Made by a program: the position numbers and the translations under genes. From Podarcis pityusensis (lineage: Eukaryota): 64,000 nt of DNA. A model generated the notes under the pieces. The model was given only the letters and a program-made list of their open reading frames with translations. It searched no databases and was not told where the DNA came from. This document shows, in pieces, positions 26,701 through 38,700 of this stretch (position 1 is its first letter; each line of letters begins with the position of its first letter). The stretch is from NCBI GenBank assembly GCA_964106645.2, contig OZ067047.1; one strand, 5' to 3'.

Positions 26701-29700
26701 TCTTAGAGAAGATTGTCATGACAGAGCTCTGTAAAATTATAACCACTTGAAGGAGAAACAGACTGATAACTTACCTAAATTGTCAGAACTCATTCTAGAA
26801 AGTAGTTATAGAGGACTTCTGCTTAGCCCCATGCAGGCATGGGGTCCTGCAAAGTTCCATCTTGCCCCTCATGTGCTTTAATGTCTATTTGTAGCCACTG
26901 GGGGACGTATTCAGAAAATGATGTTTCCCAGCATGATTGCAGTGTCAGCAGTATGCTGGTGATATCCAGCTCTGTTTCTCATTTTCATTTCAAGTCAGGT
27001 GAGGCTATGTGCTAGACCAGTTTCTAGAGGCAGCAATAGGGGGAAATAAAAGAAGGCTGAATCCTGACAAGATAGAAGCCCCGGTTCTTGGGTCTGGGAA
27101 TTGGGTAGGTGAACGCACCCACAAACAGCAGGTGCAAAGTTAGGGGGGGTGTCAGGATTCAGCCTTCTTTTATTTGCCCCCATTGCTGCCTCTAGACACT
27201 GGTCTAGCACATTTTGTGCCCCTCAAGTCCTTGGGCCTCCAGTGTGCGAGTGCCTTTTTTTACTCTTGCTGGTTTGCCAGCTATGTCTGTTTCTGGACAG
27301 ATATCCTGCCAGGGTTACCCACCCCCTAGTAATATTCCATTTAGATTCTAATACGCTGTACATGGGCACACCTTTGAAGATGGTCTGGAAGTGACAGTAA
27401 TGCAGAATACATTCTGTCAGAATGTTAGCTCATATCACATAAACTCTGATTCTGAAAGATCTGCATTGGCTGCCTGTATGCTTCCAGATGGAATTTAAGG
27501 TACCATTATTCACCTACAAAGCCCTAAATGACTTGAGACCCAAATATCTGAAATGCCGTATTTACTCGAGTCTGATATGCCATTGAATCTAATTTGCACC
27601 TCAATTTTCAAAACCTTGAAACCAAAAAAAGGATTTTCTGGCAAATGTAAATGTCCCATCAAATCTAATGTGCACCTTAATTTTTGCAACGTAATTTGGC
27701 CAAAAAGGTGAGCATTAGATTCGAGTAAATACAGTAATCATTGTCCCTTTATCTAGGAACTAGGCCCTCCCTGCACATCCCACCATCAGGACAAGTATAT
27801 TCTGAGGTCTGCCCCCCCCCCCCGGGCTATGGAATGCCATTGCCTTGGAAGTATAACTGGCACCAATATGTCTGGTGTTTCAGCAGCAGGTAAAGGCCTA
27901 CTTGTTTGCCTGAGTCTTTGCAAAGACATAATGTGTTCTTACCTGCTCCTTTGATTTTATAGGAATTATTATAGCTGAACATTAGATCATATGATGAAGG
28001 GTAGGCTAAAAATGTATTTAATACATTTATAATAAGGCCGCTAAGGAATTTTTGTAGTTATTGTAGTATATGAGTATAAGTGGAAAATACTTCATTTAGT
28101 AATTTATGAAGAGTTGCCGCAAACCTATAACAGCCACTCATATGAATGCTTCCACTTCCCACTTTTTCCTTTCAGGTGGTCTCCAAGATAAGAAATTTGA
28201 TGTGGATAAACGAGGGATGAATCTCGGGGATTTTAATGACATTATGAGAAAGAGTCGGCCAGGTTTTCGTCCTCCTAATTCCAAAGACATGGGAGCCCCA
28301 GATAGTGGGCCTTACTTTGAAAAGGTAAGACACATTTTGCTTGTAAAAATCTGCAGCTTATTCCAGATGTAATTTTAACATCCCATCAGATTTCAGCATT
28401 GCAACTTAAATACATTGTTTTATTATGAGACTTTGAGGAGAGAAAAAATGCTTGTTTGGGGCAAATGAGAAGAAATTGGGTGAACTGAACACATGGGTGA
28501 TCTTTGGAGTAATTATTACTGTTCTGGAAAAACACTTCAGGAGAGTCCTCAATCGTGTTTGTATGAAAAAAAATACCGTATTTTTCGTCCCATAGGACGC
28601 ACCTAGTTTTTTTTGGGGGGGGGAATAAAGGGGGGGGGGGAATTCCTTCTCCCCAGTGCCAGCCTCCAAACCAGGTCGGGGAACAGCGGTATGGCAGCGC
28701 TGCGCCTCCTCGCTGTCCCCCGAGCTTGTGGGGCTGGCCAATGTCTGCCCGGCGCGCGGGGCGCTCTGCTTCAGGGCGCCTTGCGTGCCGGGCGGCAGGC
28801 TGCTATCCGCAGCGTAGGGAGCCCTGCGGGAACTCCCGCAGGGCTCCCCACGCTGCGGATGTCTGCCCAGCGCGAGGGGCGCTCTGCTCCAGGGCGCCCC
28901 GCCCGCCGGGTGGCAGGCTGCTATCCGCAGCGTGGGGAGCCCTATGGGAACTCCCGCATGGCTCCCCAGGCTTGCTGATAGCTTCCTGAAGCCTGGGGAG
29001 CGAGAGGGGTCGGTGCGCACCGACCCCTCTCGCTCTCCAAGCTTCAGCGAAAGCCTGTATTCGCCCCATAGGACGCACACAGATTTCCCCTTCATTTTTG
29101 GAGGGGAAAAAGTGCGTCTTATAGGGCGAAAAATACGGTAACTTTTTATTCTGAATGTATTGTACATTTCCAACATTTGCCCCTAAAAGTTACTGGATGG
29201 TTTTGCTAAGACTTGAGTGCCAAATTAAAAAGTACAACAATGATGAGACAATACTTTTAATACATGCAACAGCCCTTTCCTCAAAAAATAGTTGGTTCCC
29301 AAAGTCCTGTTGAAATAGAACTGTCTTCACCTGCCAGCAGAAGGACAGCAAGGGGGAAGTCAGCCTCACTTCTCTAGGAAGGGAGCTCAGGAGTCTGGGA
29401 TAAGCGACTGAGAAGGCCCTTTCCTTCATTCCCACAAAGCATGCTTGTGAGGGTGACACGGGGCTGAAATCTTAATGGCGAGCCCCATCAGGTTCATATG
29501 AGGGAATATGGTCTTTCAGATAGCCTGAACCTAAGCTGCCAAACACTGAGTCAACCTCTTCACCCTGCTATCCACTATGATCCTAAGGTCTCATTCCTAG
29601 TCAGTCATTCACAGTTCAGACCCCAAGGGTGTATATGTGAAAGTAAGGTTTTCACCCAACATGCATCACTTTATACTTGTTAACACAGAATTGCATTTGC

Positions 29701-32700
29701 TTTTTTACAGTCCGTTCACTCAGCTCGTAGAGGTCCTTTTGGTCTTTTTAATGACCCTGAACAATTTAGTATCTTCTGCCATGGATTACCCCTAACTCTA
29801 GATCATTTATGAACAGGGCAAAAAGCACAGGTCCCAATACTGATCCACTTCCTGCATTTCTTAATTTGAAGAACTGTCCATTTATTCCCATTCTGCTTCC
29901 TGCTACTTAAACAATTCCTGATCCAAAAGAGTACCTCTCTTATTCCATGACTGCTAAGCTTACTCAGGAGTCTTAGATGAGGTACCTTTTCGGGGGTAAA
30001 TTGAAAGTCCAAGTGCACAGTCAGCTGGATCACCTCTGTCTATATGTTTGTTGACACGCTTAAATAATTCTAATAGTTTTGTGAGAAAGGACTTGGCATT
30101 CCAGAAACTATGCTTATTCAACTTCAGCGAGACTTATTATTCCATATTCTTGATTATTTTATGTTTAACAATTCTTTCCACCAGTTTTTCTGGGACATAG
30201 TTAAGATAACTGGCCTGTAATTTTCAGGATTGGTGTTAAATTAGTTACTTTCCAGTCCTCTGGTATGAAAACTTATCTGAGGAATAAGTTACATTTTTTT
30301 GTTAGAAGATCTGCAATTTCCCATTTGAGTTATTTGCGAACTCTCAGGTGGATGCCATGTGGACCCAGTGATTTGTCAGTTTTTATTTTGTCTATTAGGC
30401 TTACAATTTCATCTCTCATCACCACTGTCTGCCTAAGTTCCTCAGACTTTCCTCCTGCAAAAGTTAGTTGCAGCACTGGACTCTGTCCTATATCTTCCAT
30501 TGTGAAGACAGATGCAAATAATTAATTTAACTTTGCCACAATATTCTCATCCTCCTTTTGCACACATTTGACTCTCTTGTCATCCAAGGGTCCAACCATC
30601 TCTTTAGATGATCTCCTGCTACTAATGTATTTAAAGAACTTATTGTTGTTTGTCTTTGTACTTTTAACATAGTGCTCCTCGAATTCTTTTTTACCATCTC
30701 TGTATTGTCTGTTTGCCAAAGTTTGTGTTCCTTTTTGTTCTCTACTTTTGGGTAAGACCTCCATTTTTTTGAAGGCAGTCTTATCTTCAATAGTTCATGT
30801 TATGAGGAAGCAGATTCCACAGGACACATAAATCAGTAATCTGAAGATGATGGAGACAGCAGGTCAGGTAGAGTCCCAACCTGTGATCAAGATCTAAGAG
30901 CATAAACATTGGGAAGTAAAAGGCACTACAAGGCAGGCATTAAGCATACATGTAGATCAACAATAACAGCAATAAGATGCAGAGTTGTCAGGATCCTGCT
31001 CAAGTCACTGAGAGCTGATCGCTTGTTCTCATGGAGTCTCAGTTTTAACCAACCCCTCACATATATATCCTGGCCCTGATTACCCCTCCCATGCGCTACC
31101 TACTTGGCAGAGGACCGGAGAGCCTTATAGAGGCAGCCCTTGAGCCAAGCACCCCATCACCCCTCCATATGCTCCCATCAGATGTTCTGCTTGTGTTGGT
31201 CTGAAAGACTGGTTTTCAAACAGTTCGCCGTGGCACCCTGGGATGCCTCAAATGATGGTCAGGGGTGCCGCGGGCAACACAGGCTTCTGTCCCTCTTTCC
31301 TTCCTTCCTTCCCTCCCTCCTTCCCTCTGAAGCCTTCTTGCATCTCTGCCTCCCAAAGGCTTGCACAGCTGTTTGTTGCAGCAGCCCTGGCTACAAGCAT
31401 CCCAGGCAAATAGTGCCTCACAGACCAGGGGTGGCTGCGGCTACCTGGAGGATTCCCAAGAAGAATGGAGAGGAGAGGAAACTAAGAGAACACTCCACAA
31501 AGGAGGGTGTTTGAAAAAGGGTGAGAGGCTGCCAGCTCTTCAAGCAAGGGGTGACATAACTGCGTTCCTGAGCCCTATAGGGGTGCCGCAGAAAGAATGT
31601 AGTTGGTCAAGGGAGCTGTGGACTCAAAAAGGTTGAAAATCTCTGGACTAAGGAGAATGAGTCAGGCCCTGGTTCCTCTGGCGACTGCAGCTTGGGGCTG
31701 CTCTTTCCATTTCCAGCTCAAGGACCTTGTATTCCAGAGTTTCCTGGCTGTCAGATTCAGGCTTGCCATTGAGATTTCAGCTCATTTCCTGTGCCACTAG
31801 TTTGCTCAACCTAGCTGGTACCTTTTATCTCTGTCAGAATTCTGGCTGCTGTTCCAGGTCTAGGCCATGACCTCAACTATGGTTCCTTTGTCTGTTTTTA
31901 CCCTGTTGTAATTCACAATGCAGTATACGCCTATTTCCTGGGACCCTGAACTTACTGAATTAGAGGAGAATCAACTTACATATTCTCAAAGAAGTTCCAT
32001 CCAAATTTCAGCTTCATTTTGGTGACAGATTTGAGGATCAGACACTCATTGCTGCAACCATACCCTCAGTGCACAGTGGGTTAGAAAAAACACAGTATGG
32101 ATTTATTTGGAACCTGGACTGCTGGTCAATATATTTCCCTAAAGATTCATTAGAATCATAGAATTATAGAGTTGGAAGGGACCACAAGGGTCATCTAATC
32201 CAGCCTCCTGCAATGCAGGAATATTTTGCCCAACTTGGGGCTGAACCCATGACCCTATAAGAGTCTCACACTCTACAAACTGAGCCATCTCATACTGGGA
32301 CAGAGTTAAACTTTTAAAAAGTCCTGCTTCCAATTCCTCTGAATTAAGACATGTGTCATTTGGAATCAAGAAACATGCTTCTAGTCAACACAAGTAAGAA
32401 ACTTCAGAGCCATCAAATTATTTCAGAACTTGGTTATTTTTGTAACCATTTGCAATGGACCCCCTCCACCCAAGGTATCTGCTCTGCTTTTTAATGCCAG
32501 AAGATGTATCTCATTTACTTAACACTTAATCACTTAATTACTGGGTCATTTCTTAATACTACAAGAAATAATCAACCCAGCATTGTAATACACTTTTTAC
32601 CAGTGCCAGATCCTCAAGTTGAGATGGTACCTAGTGTTGTTCTTTTCTGGCTTCTGGTAGGTTTGGTCCTGACATAACAAAACCATAATGTCCTCTGTTT

Positions 32701-35700
32701 AATTACTTAAAAGAAGAGAAGATCTCAGACCTCTGTTTCTTTGACATCACCTAAAGCTAGGAATTTACCCACAGAAAGAAGGTACCTGATCCATTTCCTT
32801 TTGATAGGATTCCAACCAAAATTGCAGTTGCCATAGAATCAAGTGTATCAGGTTATTAATGCTGAAGGACCCTTCAAAATTCTATACCTATACAATCTTA
32901 CACAAAATAAATTTGCTCAGAGTCATCCCTAAAGTCTTCTAGTGTGAGCAGACAAGAATTTCAGTGTTCAAGTATTGCATCAGGTATACAACTTTAAAAA
33001 CTTGGAGCACCCTTGTAGACTACTTTTCTTGGTTTTTGTCTGCTGTTTGGCCTGGTCTCTGGCTGTTGAAATAGTGGGGGTTTTTTTCTGTACCTAGCCG
33101 TGCTTGTAAAGAACACAGCCAAATTCAAAAGCCCTGTTTGTCACCACTAAGTTTCTGTATTATTTGTTTTTTGGAGAATGACAAAGCCAATGGCTATTAT
33201 AGAGGTAGCTGAAGCAGAATATCTCAGAAATATAATTTCTAGAAATGAGGAGCATTCAGGGAGCCCCAGAGTTAGGTCTCAAAGAGGGGACTTTGATGGC
33301 TATTTCATATTTTTGCATTTACATAAATAGCACTTCCATGAAACAGAAGCTAAGTTAGCCCTAAGCTGTCTTAAATATGGCTTGATTCTCACATAGGCAG
33401 TAGGGAATTGTATTGTCCAGAGTAGCCAGTGTCAACCTCAAGCTGAAAACAACAGCACTTCACCAAAACTGCCTCCATCTTCCTGGGCTATCAGTCTTTC
33501 TCTTCTGATCAGGGAGTGAGGAATTTCAGCATTCTACACTGACCTTGCTGGCTGACACTGTGCACCAGAGACAGATAAGGACGTTAACCTGAGAAAATGA
33601 ATCAGTCAGTGTTTATTTTTTGTGTTTGGTTCTAAAGAGCTTTTGGTAACAAAATACTCCATGCGAGGATGTTCATTCTCTTGCTTTGTAAGAAAGATGG
33701 ACATACTAGTGTCAGTCGAGTAGTGCTTATAATAATGTATTGGATGGAAGATCTTTAACTTGCCCAAGAACCGAGATATTATTCTGATGAGATTTCTTTA
33801 TTCTTCACCTGCCTGAATTCTTCTGCTTGCCTCATCTGCTCTAGGTATTACTCAGTTGTAGATCTCCTGAAAAGAAATAAAATTTTGTCAGCAAATAGAA
33901 ATATTGCATCTCTTTTATTGAAGATTATCACTTCCACAAGCAGGGCAGCATTAGCTATGGGTAAAGGTTTTTAAGTATTGAACTGATTGTTCTGACTTGT
34001 CTCCTTTTAGTCCATATTTCCAAAGTAAGTAGTGTACTTTGTTGGAACATATCCTTTTAATGGTTAAAATCATACTAATTTTGCATAATTTGGTCATTCA
34101 TGGTCACTCTCTCTCTTCTTGCATTCTGTTGCTTCACTAACCAACTCCTGCTGATTGGCTACTTATTTCTTCAGCTGACTTTGCCTTTCTCCAATCAAGA
34201 TGGGTGCCTTGGGGATGAGGCTCCCTGCTCTCCCTTCTCCCCTTCTCCCAACTACAAGCTTTCTCCCTCTGGTTCCACACTACCCGTCTGCCTTGGGGCA
34301 ATCGGCTCAGGGCTCAACCCCCAAAACTTCGCTGCTAGACAAGTAAGGAGGTCACATTCTTGGTTATATTACTTCTTGGCTGCATCCTATAGTTAATCCT
34401 TGTCAGCTTGGTTTTTGCACCTGTTTTTTAAATGTTTTTTTCATGGAAAATGTAGTAAGATAAATCTCAAATTCAGGAACCCACCAGTCTTTATTGCTTC
34501 CTTCCAGACATTCAATATGTTGCTTATGTCTGTTACTTTGATCCCTTACTAATACCTCACAACAGTCTGTGAGTTTACTTTCTCAAAGAAAGTAATTAAA
34601 AGTCGGGGAATAAACATTTTGGAACCCAGTGGAAGAACAAACACTTTCCCTCTTGTTCTAAAAAACAAATTTGGCACTAAAACTTCATACTACATTTATG
34701 CAGTAGTTACTCTGTTTAAATATGTATGTGTGTTTGCTCTTAACTTATCCTAGAGCAGTTTTGAAACCGAAGAAGAGACTAACAGTTCTGTCCGTTTGGA
34801 AATCTCTAGGAATAACAACACAAGCTATAACCACCTCTACAAATGTTTTTCTAAGGTTAATATGTATTGTGAATGTATCCCTGCAAAGGGACTAGGTCAC
34901 TTCTACTGGAATTTGTTTTCAAATTGAATATGCAAGAGACACCTGGCACAAAATGTTGCAGTGTGCTGTGTTCCCTGTTCTGAATTCCAGACACCAGTCC
35001 ACCCCACCACCACCCCACGCCTGTTTTAGAGTCGATTCCCCACACCTCCAAACAGTCTGCATTACACGGCCTCTGAGCATGCTCAGATCCCATTGGGCTG
35101 TTTTGGGGTTTCCCTTCCCCTGAGTCTGCTGATACCTCTCTTTTGTATATGATGGTGCTGTTTTGACTGTGTAAGCAGTGGCGCGTTCTCTCTTAGAATA
35201 TTGGAATTGCTTTACTGTGTATGATTAAATGCAGTTTGAGGACTGCTTAAGACCTTTGAGTAACTTTCCATATTAAATAAAGAAGCAGCTAAAAACAATG
35301 AAGTCCATCATATTAGGTAGTTCTTAATATTTTCTTCTGCTATATGTAATAAGTAATAATTACTGCTATCTACAGTATTCAAACACAAAAGACAAATCCT
35401 TTTAAATATAAACATTGCTTATCTTTTCTCTGCACCTTTTCTCCTCTTTAAAATGTGTATGGCATACAATCAAACCTCTTAGAAGGGAATGTGTTTGAAA
35501 AAAATGCCAGGCAAATGAATCAAGATGAAATAAGGATGACTACCATTGGCATGTTACAAATTCTCATAGTTATATTAACCCCGGGCTCCAGCTAACATAT
35601 ATAAACAACTATACTGACAACCTGATTTGACTTTCTTTCATTCATTCATTTTTAGGGTGGCAATCAAGGTCTGTTTGGAAACAGCACAGCACAATCGAGA

Positions 35701-38700
35701 GGAATGCACCCACCAGTGCAACCGCTAAACCCTTCACCTAATATCCGGGCACAGGTGCCTCCCCAGTTTCTTTCTCCCCAGGTAAACAATTTTTAAAAGT
35801 TTCTTTGTAGATGGTTTGTTATAGTCTCTTCTGTTGTTCCACATATGGAGTTGGATTTGAGGACATCTGGTGGAGGGAAGAGGCTTTAGTCCGTTTCCCA
35901 AAGCTACATATTTTGTATGGCTCATCAGGAGCTAAAGAGCAGGTACAGTGTCTTTTTGCAGTCTTCTTTCTAATAGCATAAGCTTTTTCTTCATCTGCAT
36001 TCGTTGTTTTCTGCTGTTGACTTTTTGATGTTAGAAGTATTTGGTTTCAGTTTGAAACTTGTGACAAGGGAATCCAGATGTGCCATACAAGAGTGAAAGT
36101 GCTACCCACTTCCAGTTTGTTTTAATTGGTATTTATGAGAGTGCAGTGGGGCATGAGATTGATGGGTGCTCTTTGATGAGAGGGAGAAGTCCTTGTAGAG
36201 GGGATGTGTGACTTTGAACCTAAGTAAGGGAGAGAGCCTAGTTGGGTGTGGATTGCTATCTTAGAAAGTTTTCTAATAGGTGGGTAGATGAGCTTTGTTT
36301 AATTATGGCTTTACACAAACAAGCAGTGTGCTGGTGCATGCTTCTCAAAGGTCTCTGCTTAGCTCCTCTCCTGCTTCATGTTGGGAGCAACAAACTATGA
36401 TTGGTAGCCAAGATTTGGTTTTGGGGTACCACTTATAGTTCCCTTGAAGAAAACAAACCATGAGCCCAAGTCTGCATAACAACAAGCCAAAACATGCATT
36501 TTGTTATTTCTGATGCTGCTAATTCATGTTAAATCCATAGGTAAACATCAACTGTGTTTTAACATTATGTATACTGAACCAATGGTGCCCCCACTCCTTA
36601 GTTCATCCTAAAGTGTAAAAAGGATGTAGCTGAGGAGAAGAGGGGCTAGCAAGAACCTCACTCTGTCAGAGCTCTATATAATGTTGTTGCACATTCAGAA
36701 AAACCTCATCTTCCTCAGAGGAACAAGTTGCTCCTTCCTCCTCCTCCTTTGTGCATTGCAGTCTCTGTTATTCTCTTCTCCTTGCACCCCATTTCAAATG
36801 GTGTGGGTGGGTGTGTACATATACATGCACACATTTCTGTATGATGTACTGTTAAAGCTACTCATCCACCAGAGCCCTGCCACAAACTGAAATAGAATAT
36901 GTTAACTCCAGAATCATGTTCCATATTAAGCTCAAGCTCTTTTCTTTAAATGTACAAAATGTTTGTGCATTGTTCAAAATTTCAGCTAAACAAAAGCTAG
37001 CCAACTCAAGTAATTTGATTCCTTTCTGTACTCACATATTGCTATATGTGTTTGTACCATATTCTTTATGTTCACTTTTCCTTTGTTGCATTATTTGTTG
37101 ATGTTCAATTTCATTATGATTAAGATCACACACTTTCTGTTTTCAACAGAGACATCTTGCTTTTGCATAGACCTGCTACAAATGTCTTTGTTGTTCTGTC
37201 AGTTTCTGGTTTGACTTGTGTATGCCTTTGCACTTTTTATTAAGGTTTCTGCCTCCATGCTCAAGCAATTTCCTAACAGTGGTCTGAACCCAGGTCTTTT
37301 CAACATGAATCCCCAGCTTTCTCCTCAACAGATTGCTATGTTGAGCCAACTTCCGCAGATCCCCCAATTTCAGCTTGTAAGTAACTATCCTACTACAGTA
37401 GCTGACTGAATTTTGCATACTCCTGTGACTGTTTTTGCAGCTTTAATCTTTTTGGGAAAATGTTGTACTTCAGATCTGTGGAAATATATACTTAGTTGTT
37501 GAAAAGGCACAAATAAGTCATAATGCAGTTGTGGGAAGGGGACACTTTCTAGCAATGACTTGTACTTACCTTTACAGTAAATCAAGCTTCATACTAGAAG
37601 TACTGGGCAGAGGCACACCATACATTTAAACCACATGACTTTCCCAAAGTATCCTGGGAACTGTCGTTTGTTAAGGGTGCTGGGGATCATAGCTCTGTGA
37701 GGGGAAAACTGCAGTTCCCAGGACTCTTTTGGCAGGTGAGTCATGTGCATTAAATGTGCATTAGATGTCCTTTAAGTGCTTGGTGTGGATCATCCCACTA
37801 TTTCTAATTAGATGTAAAAGGGAAGGCTCATCCATAGCCTAAAACGTTCATGGTAAGTTTCTTTTATTATAAAAAAAAAACTTACAATGCTAGTCATATC
37901 TGCTGAACAGTGCTCATTTGCCAGCAGTTAATGCCTATAAATAAAGTCCTTCATTACCTCCTCTACTTGCCTTCCAGGCTTGTCAACTCATCCTCCAGCA
38001 ACAGCAGCAGCAGCAACAACAACAACAACAACAACAACTGTTACAGAGTCAAAGAAAGATTTCCCAAGTAGTACGACAACAGCAAGAACAGCAGGTACAA
38101 TATTTAATCAGCAATGTATGCATGAGGTGTACAATAAAGCCTAGCAATATACCAAGAAGATGTTATTAAATCTTTATTATTGCTTGAAACTAATGCACTA
38201 TTCAAAATATAATCACTTGTTTGTACTAAGATAAACAAATTCTTCTTTATTTCATTAACTGCAGATTGCCCGTATGGTGAATGCCTTTCAGCCACAACAG
38301 AGGCAACCTGGCATGAAACATTCTCCATCCCATCCAGTTGGGCCTAAACATTTAGACAGCATAGTACCTGGTGGTCTGAATGTGAGTCTCTCAGATATAC
38401 CAACCAAAGGGCAAATTCCTGGATATAGTTCAGGTAAGTACTGTAAATAGCTAAAACCCTGTGATCTGTTTTGATTTCTTAAGTGCTAAGAATCTGTGTA
38501 CCAAACCCAAATACTGGATTTGTTGTTTGTGTCAGTTGAATTGCTGAATCAGTCTTGCTACATAGAACTCTAGCTTCCGTTCTTCTCCGCAGAGTGTACT
38601 TCAGCGTTATGTTGACTCACTAGCTTTATTTTCAAACAGCCTTGCTTATTGCAGGATATCATGTTACAAAAATTATTTGTGCAAAAGCATAAGGCAGCCT

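Noticed and set aside
28406-29176. 256-aa minus-strand ORF and overlapping ORFs
   Set aside because: A by-product of the GC-rich, stop-poor MITE interior; no transposase or other domain motifs
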